Below are positions 48,150 through 58,928 of a DNA stretch of 64,000 bases, one piece after another; position 1 is the stretch's first letter; each line of letters starts with the position of its first letter. The notes under the pieces were generated by a model. It did not search any database. It was given only the letters and a program-made list of their open reading frames with translations, and was not told the origin of the DNA. The translations under genes and the position numbers were made by a program. This DNA comes from a virus: positions 5,963 through 69,962 of IMG/VR virus record IMGVR_UViG_3300032291_003063; one strand, 5' to 3'.

Positions 48150-51100
48150 TTACATTTCTGTAACACCCTTTTGCTCTAACTGCTCCAATTCGTATTCTAG
48201 GTCCTCTATAATATTCTCTACCACATTAATTTCAGCGTGGCAATAGTATAGGGCGTCTGCTACACTGTTAATGTCTGCATCATTGTTGGTTTGAATTGCT
48301 TCTAGCAAATCCTTAATAAAAATCGCTCTATCTTCTAGCAAGTTTGCTAGAACCCACTTTTCATCTTCTATGGCTTGCAGAATTTCCTCTTGGGCACTAG
48401 ACATTAATGATCCTCGTTTCATCATTATACGTCAGACTTTCTAGAAGGTCTTCAATCTCCCCCGTCTCTTGATCTGTAAGCGGGTAATGTTCCAGTAGGC
48501 TTGTCAATTCAATACAAATAAGCCTCAAAGTGCTAGAACTAATACTTACAATTCCAATATGTGCCATTATCGTTTTCCTTTCGCGTCAATACATCTTACA
48601 CCGAAATTGTTCATCGCGTCAATAACTTTGTCGTTGTCATCCCACATAGTTACACGATTAACAGGCACTTTAATTCGGGACAGTAGCCGTGCCAATTGCT
48701 CAACTTTTAGCTTTCCGTCCTCTGTCATACAACCTTTAGGCCGACTAAGAACATAATGGAAAGGGACATTGTTGTCAAGAAAAAACTTGTAGTCAGCGCG
48801 ACTAAGAATTCGCGCCGTGCAAATCACGACAATTCTTGACTTATAGAATTTCCGCATAGTATGCACTAGCGGCAAAAGCTTATCTTGTGCAATCTTTTGC
48901 GGAGTGTTATTTTCTAGCCAATGCTCCAAATCAATAGAGCCATCAGGCTTACTAGCGTGACGGTGGCGGCTATCAATCACGGTTCCGTCAAGGTCAAAAA
49001 CAGCAACTTTCATGTGTCCCTCCGTTGATGCTGTATAGTAGCACACAAAAAGAGCCTGTCAACGCAATTGTTTTGTTGACAGGCTGATATGCACGTGTTA
49101 TAATTAGTGGGGTTCTCCGAATTTTTGGCGCTGAAGGTGTTGCATTTCTGCAACACCCTTCCTACTAGTCATTCTGAGGCGTCCTGCCCCCCGAGCCAAT
49201 AACCTTCGCTATAGCCTTCGCTATACCCATCGGAATAAGCGTCACTTTCGCCCTCCTCCAAGAGGGTGTCAACCTCTTTTCGCAGTTCTTTACTAGTAAG
49301 TTGCCCGGTCTCAAATTCGGCAAAAATTGTTTCAATACTACGCATCTTCGCTCCCTTGCATTCCGTCATCATGACCGGCCCCATAGCCGTCATCATAACC
49401 GTAGTTATATCCATCATTATAGTTGCTTAGAGCAACATCGTCAATGTAATTTTGGAATTCCGTAGACATAATAGATTTTTGCGAGGCTGTCATCAAGTCA
49501 AAAGTGACGCCTGCCTCGCAAAGTATATCCACAAACTCACCCCAGGTTGCTGTATATTTCATATGTGTCTCCCTGTCTGTAGTAACCATAATAGGCCGAT
49601 TGTAGGGCCTTGTCAACTAGTTTATCCAACTTTTCGGGGTTTAATTCTCCGCCGAATTCCACTAAAAACAAAATATCCTTAGTTAACTGGTGCATTTTAC
49701 CTCCATGGAAAAATAATAAGGGCTAGCATAACACTTTGCATTAGAAAGCCAAAGGAATTTGAAATAATATACAGGCGGTCACTTTGTGCAATAGCCCGAA
49801 CAAGAAACAGGCCAAGCCCCGCCCATACTAGCAGGACCATTGACAATGGGGGCAAAGTAGGATTTGCACCAGCCAAAACGCCAATAGTCGCCGGAAGTGT
49901 TGCGGAATGAATAAGGGCCATTCCGACGTAGCCGCCGATCTCTGTCTTTTTCATGCTTGTATATTAGCATAAAAAAAGCATCTGTAAAGCGAATTGTTTT
50001 GTTGACAGCCTGAGCGCCGCGTGCTATAATAAGTGGGGCACTCCAAAATTTTGGCGCAAGTGGCTGTCGTTAGACAGCCGGAGTCTCGCTTACTTCGTAT
50101 AGGAGGAAGTCATATGCGCTCGCTTCCCACATATCGTCAAAGCGGTCTGATTTTCCTTCCTTAGCCATGATTTGATTGGCAACTTTCAGCGCGTGATCCT
50201 CACTAGTGCAAATATACGCCTCGCAGCTAGATCCGTCAATTAGAACAAACATCAGTCATTTCTTCATCCTAAAAAGAGCATACTCGATAATATCGAAAAT
50301 GTCAAACGATTGACATTCGATACCATGACAATCCATTTTTCGAAGTGTATTGGCATGGTCATAGTCCTCCATTACCTGCTTCTTAATTAGATATCTAGCA
50401 GCATCATTCAATGAAAAACCCGTCCCAGACTCATATAGTTCTCGCACTGCTTCCGTAGTAACATCAGGCTTATACATCTTCTAATTCCTCCGGTTTACAT
50501 TGGTCACAAACGGGCCCGCAGTCTGTATCTACAGCTTCGGACATTTCGCACCACCAGCCACAACAATCGCACTCAAAAATGCGATTGTCAAGCTCAAATA
50601 GAATAGCTGTTTCGTTTTCATAGAAAAAAGTTTCCTCAGCTTCTTCTAGGCTATCCATATGCCCATAAAGACTTTTGCAAGTGCCTTGCAGTTCGTGCAC
50701 TAGCCTTTCTGAAAAGTCTTCAATATTCATTTCATTCTTTCCTTAATTTCAGGGCAACTCTCGGTTAGGCCGGACTCATTTTCTCGATATAAGTCTTTCC
50801 CATCCCAATAGTCAAAGCTATAATAGCTGCAATAATACCCCTCGTCAATAGAATATTCTTTATGGGGGCAATTATCACAACTAGATACAGTAACTTGAAA
50901 AAATAGTTGTGTCACTGCTTCACCTCATACCAAATGTCCTCAACGTCAAGGTTATGCTCTAACGCCTCGTAGGCGGCTCGCATCACTCCGGCATTAGGAT
51001 TACCATTCCAAGTGAAGGCTGTCAACACTTCATTTGTCTTTAGGCGAATATAAATGGTATACATAGCCGTTCTCCGATTGAGTCCCTATTATATATGAAA

Positions 51101-54100
51101 TTCTTTGAAAGTCAAGTGCTTTTTTCGGTTGACTCGCGCACACGCACGTGTTATAATAAGTGGGGCACTCTAAAATTTTGGCGCAAGGGTGGGTCAGGTA
51201 TACGAACCTGACCCTTTGTTGCAGTTTGCGGCCACCCGAGTAGCAAGCTCGGACCCGTATTACTGTCTACAGAAAGTAAACCTCTTGCTTGTTGGCCGGG
51301 CTGAGTCGCGCGCGGCAAAAGAACTTTCTATAGTAAACACAAAAGATTTTTCTACCGCTGCTCAACCACCCGGTATACTTTGCTTTTTGTGCTCCAACAA
51401 CCTTGCTAGTCGCGAGCCATTCCCTTCCAGGCTGTCTCCACTAGCTCTAGGAATTCTTGCCCCCAGCTAACTCTGTAATACTAACACACCGCCTAGGCTT
51501 GTCAAGCGGTTATTTCGGCGGCCCACTCTTCCGGGGTAATTCCAGTCATCAGAAATTCCCGATCATCCGCGCTAAGATAGGAAAGCGTGTTCTGAATAAG
51601 CCCGTCACCATACCACCACTTGCGATAGTCTCGAATATCGAGAGCGATTTCTCGCTTGTGCGTCTTTCCGGTTAGCTTAGACACTCGCACAAAAATATAC
51701 GTCTGCATGTCTGTCCCTCCGTTGATGATTATTTATAGCACGAAAAAACATAAAAACAAGCGAAATGTTTGCTTGACTCTCGCACTCGTATGTGTTACAC
51801 TAGGCTGATCACTTCAATTTTTTGGCGCAGGGGGTGTGGCAGAAATGCCACACCCCGCCCCTCAGTCGTCAAACCCGCAGGTCTGCATAACTAGAGAGTA
51901 GATTTCATTTGCAATTTCGTTGTCGCTAAAATCAGCAATCAACTCTTCACCATCCGAGGCGTTGCCCCAAACCAGCAGAAACGACGCGACGGTTCCTCCG
52001 TTTAGGTCCTTAGCCCAAACCGTTTGCTCGTCCGTGCACCCGAGTTCCTCGTCTTCAATGACAGCCTCAAGTCGGGCAGCATTGATGATCCTTACCAACG
52101 TCTCGGCAACTGTAGTCTCTCGCATGTCTGTCTCCCTGTTGATGATTTATAATAACCCATTTTTATATAAAAACAAGCGAAATGTTTGCTTGACAGCACC
52201 CGATTATTCGTGGTATAATGGTCTGATGCCCGAAAATTTTTGGCGCCTGGGGTGTCTCAAATTGAGACACCCCTTTCATTATGCCGCGTTGCGGTCCCGG
52301 TAGTCTTGCATTTCCGTAATGTTGTCCCAGCCTTCCGGGACGTTTCCGATAAACGGGTCCGGCATGTCTTCCCGCCCCAGCGCGGCGGCAACCGCACCGA
52401 TCGCCAGAATGACTTGCTGAAGCTGTTCAGAAAATGCCGGAATGTTCCATTCCGGAAAAGCGGCGGAAACTTCATCGCGGGCGATGTTGGCGATGATCAG
52501 GTCTTGCGCGGTCAGGTTCATTTGTCGTCTCCGATTGATGATTTATAATACCCTATTATGGAGCGCAGTCAATAGCTAATTCGAGGCTATCGGCAAATTC
52601 TTGCATAAGAATTGCAATCGCCCGAATTTCGGCCGCATCGCGGTGCATAGCCGTAGGGTTATTAAAAATGCCCTTAAGATAATACTTATCCACAAAAGGA
52701 GCATACCGCGCATCAATTTCACGAAACTTTGCGGCGTTTGTATTGCTATAAGAAATTTGCATGGCTCGTTCTCCGTTGATGACCCATACTAGCGCAAAAA
52801 AAGCATTTGTAAAGCGAATTGTTTTGTTGACAGCCATTCTCTAGCGTGTTACAATGGGGTGATGCCTAAAATTTTTGGCGCTGGGGCTGTTGCAATTTTG
52901 CAACAGCCCGCCCGTCAGGAAATCTTAATGTTGAAGGCTTCCAGACCTGCCGCCCCATACTCTCCCTCTATGGTCTGAATAACCGCCTCGATAGGGTCAA
53001 GCTCTTCATCCCACATATCCCAGTAACATTGATCCGGCCAGTCCTCTCGGCCAAGGCCGGTAATCTTGATAAAGCAAGCATCCACGCGATCCATCCAAAC
53101 TTCGAACGTGTCCATGTCTGTCTCCCGGTTGATGATTTATAATAACCCATTTTTATATAAAAACAAGCGAATTGTTTTGTTGACAGCTATTCTCTAGCAT
53201 GTTACAATGGGCTGATGCTTGAAATTTTCGGCGCTGGGGCTGTTGCAATTTTGCAACAGCCCGCCCGTCAGTTGTAACTCTTCATAAACGCTTTCTTTGC
53301 CAACTTGTCTGCCCATACCAGCAAAAATGCTGGAACTGCAAAAAGAACAATAGGCCCCCAAAAAAACGAGAAGACGAAGCCCGAGACTGCTAGTCCGCGA
53401 AGGTGTTCATATTGTGCGTCAGATGTAATTACATCTGACCACCAGTATTTGGCCTCCCTACGCACGGCAATAATGACAAGTCCCCAAGAGATGACTATGC
53501 CTATGGCATAGAGGCGCACTATGTCCCACTCTTCAAAAACCATTAGTCTGTCTCCCTGTTGATGACCTATAATAACCCATTCCTAGCAGTAGTCAAGAAA
53601 TCTTTTCGCTTGACAGGCTGAAAAAATGTGCTAAAATCGGCGCGAGTTAGGCTCGCTTGTTGCGCTTAAACGAGCCTTTGCCCTTTTTGGGCTTGACAGT
53701 CGCGGGCTTATTAAACTTGCCCATGTATCTAGCGACGGGGTTTCTCATTCTGGACCCTTCGGAACCACCCGGCGACTATCCTCAATTTTAGTCGTATCAC
53801 GGATAGTCTGCTCAAGTTTCTCAATCTCGTTAAGGAAATCATCGCGCTTTTGGCGAAGAACTCGGATGGTGGCATTGGCCTTCTTCAAATCAGCCGTAGC
53901 CTCTTCCGCAAGGGCGGTTGCCTGATTAGCAAGCTTCTGCCACGTTTCCGCAGTCTCGCGCCATTGCTTAGCAAGTTCCAGCGCCCACTTATATGCTTCC
54001 GTATAGTTCATGTCGTTTCTCCGATTTTGAGTATACATCAAGCCTCTGGCTTGTCAAGTCTCTTTAATCGTGACTTCTGCAGTAAAAGTGCTAATCTTTT

Positions 54101-55397
54101 GCGCTACAAAAACCTCAACTTCCGGCATATTCTTAGCGCGAATTTGAGCGTTAGACCGAGCAAGCTCTAGCGTTCCGTAGCCCTCGAAAGCCGGTTCATC
54201 ATCGTTTGGGTTGTGGTAATAAACAACATAGTTCATGTGTGTTCTCCGATTGAGCCTTTATTATATATGAAATTCTTTGAAAGTCAAGTGCTTTTTTCGG
54301 TTGACTTGTTTTGCGACACGTGTTAAAATATGTAGCGCACTCACTTTTTCTGGCGCAAGCGCCGCACTTAGTTATCGCACTCACTTTGGCGCAGGCCGCT
54401 GGGGGTTCGTGTCAGATCGACACGAACCCCTTTTGCTCCAAATGAGCAAAACCCCCTTTTGCTCCAAGTGAGCAAAAGCCCTAGTGCTAATGCGACTCAT
54501 TCGCAACTAGGCTGAAAAAGAAAGCCCGGCTCTAAGGCCGGGCTTTGGGCTTAGTGGTCCCGCCGGGCGTCGGCGAAGGCACATACGTAGCCAAAGATGA
54601 TGGCCCAAAAGGCCATGGCGACAAGTGCGTGGGTTGGGGTCATGCTCTTCCCCCTAGCAGTGCGCCAGCGCCAATCACAATACCCGACAACCCTTCTGGC
54701 CCGCCCACGAGTAGGTTAGCAAGTCCGAGAATGATAAGCCCGCCCGGAAGGAAGCTCACGAGACGGCCACCCTTTAGGGGAGCGTTAGAGCGCGTGCGAC
54801 AGAACATGAATTGAAAGCGGCCGATTTTCAGAAAGTGAAAGCCACCGTGCTTTTTGACGCTGATCATTGCGAAGCCTTTCAGGAAGGAAAGGGGAGCCTT
54901 GCGACTCCCCTAGGATTTCAGTCTCGCAGAATAACCGTTCGAAAATCGCCGGGGTTGCCCTCACTGTAGGATGCATAAGCAATCGTGGTGTCTTTCGTGA
55001 AATGCGCGTTTGCGACGTTGATTTCGCAGAGGGGAAATTCCGCCAGCATTTCTGCTAGAACAGTGCGAACTTGCGAAGGATTTTCGCAGATGCGAACGCC
55101 TATCAATTCATGATCGGAATTGAAGGCAGAAACAGCGTAGTAAGTTTGATAGGGAGACAGGGACATTTGAATTCCTTTCGGAAGGGGAAGGGAAGGGGAG
55201 CCCGTCGGGCTCCCCTAGTTTTCAGGCAGCGCGGTAGAAAATGCGCGTCGGCAGATTGTGCCGACGGGACCAAGCGCGAGCGAAAGCGCGGGCTTCACTG
55301 ACAGAGAGCCAGCCTGTCAGATTGTGGGCACCCTTGAGGTTTCCCTTTTCGTCCATCGAATGAAAGCCTTCGATCCGAGCAACAAGCGAATTCATGT
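48150..55397 (-). other. Many small, mostly acidic pre-early-type hypothetical genes, each cassette with its own promoter
   Basis: ORFs at 48150, 49169, 49338, 49697, 50070, 50256, 50470, 50727, 51502, 51862, 52279, 52556, 52915, 53268, 53745, 54054, 54640, 54918 and 55222, most preceded by GGAG or GGAGAC RBS. Confidence 0.6.
48567..49013 (-). CDS. HAD-family phosphatase (polynucleotide 3'-phosphatase or nucleotidase-like)
   Basis: FDLDGT, CTAR, K, WDDN; GGAGG RBS. Confidence 0.8.
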   Translation of the reverse strand: MKVAVFDLDGTVIDSRHRHASKPDGSIDLEHWLENNTPQKIAQDKLLPLVHTMRKFYKSRIVVICTARILSRADYKFFLDNNVPFHYVLSRPKGCMTEDGKLKVEQLARLLSRIKVPVNRVTMWDDNDKVIDAMNNFGVRCIDAKGKR

Positions 55398-55526
55398 TGT
55401 ATTCCTTTAAGGTGGCCCGCAGGCCGTGGCCGCAGCGACTCGCTACCCCCAATATATGCGCCTTTTTCCGAATTGCTACAATAGGTTTATTATCACGAAT
55501 TGTAACAGCGTGCTGTTAGAAAGCCT

Positions 55527-55578
55527 TTACTTGCGAGGGCAAAACGATTACTTGCGCGGGCAAAACGATTACTTGCGA
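55527..55578. repeat. 21-bp tandem repeat, about 2.5 copies
   Basis: ttacttgcg(a/c)gggcaaaacga. Confidence 0.85.
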
Positions 55579-55702
55579 ATACTTGTAGGACAGGGGCGGT
55601 TATTAGACTACTACTTATAGCCCTGCTGCGGGCTCCCCCGCACGTGTAACTTTAAAAAAAATAATTCTTGACAACGTAGGTCACACACATCATAATGAAC
55701 AC

Positions 55703-56107
55703 ATGAATTTAGTACCACAACCCGAATGGCTCGAAGTAGCCAACACCTATCTATATACAGGCTGCTCCATTCCAGACACAGCGGCCCAGTTACAGATACC
55801 CGCGCACTCCGTGACGGAAATTCTAGCGAAACGAGACGTTAAGGCGTACGTTGACTCAGTCTTTCTAGATCTGGGCTACCGAAACAAAGCCAAGCTAGGC
55901 CAGTTACTTGACACGATTATCGACTCCAAAATTGCCGAAGCCGAAGAATCGGGACTCTACACTAGTAAAGACCTAGTGGACCTAATTGCCCTGGCTCACA
56001 AGATGCGTATGGATGAGATAAAGTCTCAAACACCAAATCAAACGAATATTCAGATTAACAACTATGACAATCTGATGGGGAGGCTCCTTGGAAGTAAGCC
56101 GTCTTGA
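55703..56107 (+). CDS. Terminase small subunit
   Basis: Precedes and overlaps terL; leaderless after TTGACA-17-CATAAT; T5-like QTNIQIN tail. Confidence 0.75.
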   Translation: MNLVPQPEWLEVANTYLYTGCSIPDTAAQLQIPAHSVTEILAKRDVKAYVDSVFLDLGYRNKAKLGQLLDTIIDSKIAEAEESGLYTSKDLVDLIALAHKMRMDEIKSQTPNQTNIQINNYDNLMGRLLGSKPS

Positions 56108-57362
56108 TATTCCGACCCACGAAATAGTCGAATACCCAAACGGCTTTTTTAAGGTCCCCCCAAAAGCATACCTTGATCTTCTAGAAATCGAGCCCATTCC
56201 TAGCCAAATCGCTATGGTCAATGCGGTCAACAACCCAAAGTACCGTTTCATTTGCGGAGCTCTTTCTAGGCGTCAAGGTAAAACATTTATCGCCAATATA
56301 ATTGGCCAGCTAGTAATTTTAGTCCCGGGCTGCAACGTCCTGATAATGTCTCCCAACTACAGCCTTAGCCAAATCTCGTTTGATCTGCAAAGGCAGCTAA
56401 TCAAGAAGTTTTCGCTAGAAGTAGTTCGAGATAACTCCAAGGACAAAATTATTGAAATCTCCAATGGCAGCACTGTTCGAATGGGCTCAGTGAACCAAGT
56501 TGACTCAGCTGTCGGAAGATCGTATGACCTTATCATATTTGACGAGGCTGCTCTAGCCGATGGAGAAGAAGCATTTAACGTGGCCCTTCGACCCACACTA
56601 GACAAGCCAAACTCAAAGGCTATATTTATTTCAACGCCCCGCGGCAAAGAAAACTGGTTCTCCAAGTTCTTTCAGCGCGGATTTTCTAGCGACTTTCCGA
56701 ACTGGTGTTCAATCAAAGCCACCTACCTCGACAATCCTAGAGCAAGTGAGTCCGACATTGAGGAAGCACGACGCTCGATGAGTAAAGCCGAATTTGAGCA
56801 GGAGTACATGGCGTCGTTTAACACTTATCAGGGCCAAGTATGGCACTTTGATGATAAGAATATTCTAGACGAGTTTGATATTTCCGGAATGGACGTTTTT
56901 GCCGGACTCGACGTCGGATTTAAAGATCCAACAGCTTTTGTAGTAATTGCAACGGACTACGAAAAGTTCTATGTCATAGACGAGTACTACGCCGCCGAAA
57001 AAACCACCGAAGAACACGCTAGATCAATCAAGGAACTAGTCAATAAGTATGGCATCGAAATGATCTTTATTGACTCAGCGGCGCAGCAAACTCGGTTCGA
57101 TCTTGCACAGAACTATGACATAAGCACTAACAACGCTAAGAAGTCTGTACTCGATGGTATCGCTAGCGTTGGAGCTATCGTCGAAAACCATAGGCTTATC
57201 GTGTCCTCGTCCTGTAAAGAAGTACTGCGTTCGCTAGACCAGTATAAATGGGACCCAGCAGCAATTGCTAAAGAGCGCCCCAAACATGACGATGCATCAC
57301 ACATGGCAGACGCCCTTCGGTATGCTCTTTATACGTTCGAGGTTATGGGGACCTCGTTTTAA
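56088..57362 (+). CDS. terL: Terminase large subunit
   Basis: SRRQGKT, IIFDEAA, ISTPRG, GLDVG, HMADALRY. Confidence 0.95.
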   Translation: MEVSRLDIPTHEIVEYPNGFFKVPPKAYLDLLEIEPIPSQIAMVNAVNNPKYRFICGALSRRQGKTFIANIIGQLVILVPGCNVLIMSPNYSLSQISFDLQRQLIKKFSLEVVRDNSKDKIIEISNGSTVRMGSVNQVDSAVGRSYDLIIFDEAALADGEEAFNVALRPTLDKPNSKAIFISTPRGKENWFSKFFQRGFSSDFPNWCSIKATYLDNPRASESDIEEARRSMSKAEFEQEYMASFNTYQGQVWHFDDKNILDEFDISGMDVFAGLDVGFKDPTAFVVIATDYEKFYVIDEYYAAEKTTEEHARSIKELVNKYGIEMIFIDSAAQQTRFDLAQNYDISTNNAKKSVLDGIASVGAIVENHRLIVSSSCKEVLRSLDQYKWDPAAIAKERPKHDDASHMADALRYALYTFEVMGTSF

Positions 57363-57403
57363 ATAGTTCTTGACAAGCAAGCTTAATGAAAGTAGAATGA
57401 ACA

Positions 57404-57769
57404 ATGAAACGTGACCCCATAAAATGGATTAGAGATGCAGCGAAATCTCGGTATAACAAAGGTTCGGCTTGCGAAATTTGCGGAGCCACTACCTCGTTAG
57501 ACTTTCACCACTACAATAGCATGACTCCACTTCTAAACAAGTGGCTAAAGGAAAAGCGCATCGTCATACGGGATGATGAGTCAATTGTAGCTATCAGAGA
57601 TCAGTTTATTAGTGAGCACTCTCATGAGGTATTTGATGCGACGGTGACGCTTTGTCACCCGCATCATGTCAAGCTTCACTCCGTATATGGAAGAAACCCA
57701 ACACTAGCGACAGCTAAAAAGCAGGAAAATTGGGTTAAGATCCAAAGGGAGAAACATGGCTTGGTATAA
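57404..57769 (+). CDS. HNH nicking endonuclease (T5-type, between terL and portal)
   Basis: CEICG..LDFHH...TLCHPHH..LH; T5 synteny. Confidence 0.75.
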   Translation: MKRDPIKWIRDAAKSRYNKGSACEICGATTSLDFHHYNSMTPLLNKWLKEKRIVIRDDESIVAIRDQFISEHSHEVFDATVTLCHPHHVKLHSVYGRNPTLATAKKQENWVKIQREKHGLV

Positions 57770-58928
57770 CTTCTTTTTAAAGGCTAATACTTCCCAGCCT
57801 ATGATTGTTATGCGAGAAGGCACTAGTATTGATAGTGCTGAGCCCATACACACATATAAGCAGTACTATGAAAAGCTAGAAATAGTTAATCGGGCTATCA
57901 ATATGATAGTAGATGACGTGGCCGAAGTCCGTGCTAAAGTTGGTGAGCCAACGACTGCTACACGTAGAATTAATCGCACCAAGAAAGTAGCTGTTGACAG
58001 GCTTTTAAATGTGGAGCCTAATCCGTACCAGGATGTAAATACCTTTTTTAGAAATCTAATTCTAGACTATCTTATTGAGGGAAACATCTTTATTTACTAC
58101 GATGGTATGCACATGTACCATTTACCGGCCGATGACGTAACTATTCACCCAGACGAAAGAACATACGTGTTAAAGTATGAGTTTGCGGGGCGAATTGACT
58201 ACAAGCCGGAAGAGATTATTCATATCAAGGAAAATAGCTTTGAGTCTATCTACAGAGGAACGCCTCGGCTAAGAGCTTGTCTACGTAGCATGAAGCTACT
58301 AGACTCTATGAGAAATTTTCAGGATAACTTCTTCAAGAATGGAGCTGTTCCCGGTCTAGTAATTAAAACTCCGGCAACTCTGTCGAACAATATCAAGCAG
58401 CGAATGCTTGAGGATTGGGCTCAGAAGTACCGTCCCGGAGCAGGGGGTCGTCGCCCCCTAATTTTAGATGGCGGAATGGAACTTGAGGACATTAGCAAGC
58501 TAAACTTTAGAGACCTGGACTTTGAGGCCTCAATTGTCTCGAATGAGGAGACCATTTTAAAGGCTATTGGTGTTCCACCGATTCTTCTAAACAGTGGCAA
58601 CAATGCTAATCTTCGTCCTAATCACCGAATCTACTACCTAGAAACAATCATTCCAATCGTTAGAAAGCTAAACTTTGCTTTTGAGCGTTTCTTTGGGTTT
58701 AAAATTACCGAGGACGTTGCAAATGTTCCGGCACTTCAACCCGAACTTCAGGATCAAGCATCCTTTCTGAGTAGCCTAGTGAACGCCGGTATTCTAACGG
58801 CAAACGAAGCCCGCGAAGTTCTGGGACGTGACAACCTAGAGGGACATGATGATCTAAGAATTCCAGCCAATATTGCTGGTAGCGCCGCTAACCCGTCAGT
58901 GGGTGGGAGACCATCTAGTGGAGATTGA
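57756..58928 (+). CDS. Portal protein (HK97 type)
   Basis: FFKNGAVPG, IGVPPILL, TANEAR. Confidence 0.92.
   Translation: MAWYNFFLKANTSQPMIVMREGTSIDSAEPIHTYKQYYEKLEIVNRAINMIVDDVAEVRAKVGEPTTATRRINRTKKVAVDRLLNVEPNPYQDVNTFFRNLILDYLIEGNIFIYYDGMHMYHLPADDVTIHPDERTYVLKYEFAGRIDYKPEEIIHIKENSFESIYRGTPRLRACLRSMKLLDSMRNFQDNFFKNGAVPGLVIKTPATLSNNIKQRMLEDWAQKYRPGAGGRRPLILDGGMELEDISKLNFRDLDFEASIVSNEETILKAIGVPPILLNSGNNANLRPNHRIYYLETIIPIVRKLNFAFERFFGFKITEDVANVPALQPELQDQASFLSSLVNAGILTANEAREVLGRDNLEGHDDLRIPANIAGSAANPSVGGRPSSGD

Larger units (their letters stand above)
45340..54360. repeat. Array of about 15 dispersed promoter/palindrome cassettes
   Basis: Plus-strand TTGAC(A/T)-17/18-TA(T/C)AAT-like promoters, mostly followed by AATTTT(T)GGCGC, at 45345, 45459, 45633, 46781, 48017, 48086, 49076, 50002, 51129, 51773, 52190, 52827, 53180, 53610 and 54301. 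Confidence 0.85.

Noticed and set aside
23800-51475. Retron or DGR explanation for the long hairpin RNAs
   Set aside because: No reverse transcriptase gene in the window.
45680-53260. TGGCGC...TTGCA as sigma54 promoters
   Set aside because: GG-to-GC spacing is 13 nt in the copies checked, not the required 10.
45340-54360. Repeats as a CRISPR array or integron attC sites
   Set aside because: Spacing is irregular (70 to over 1000 bp), the units are promoters, and no cas or integrase gene is present.
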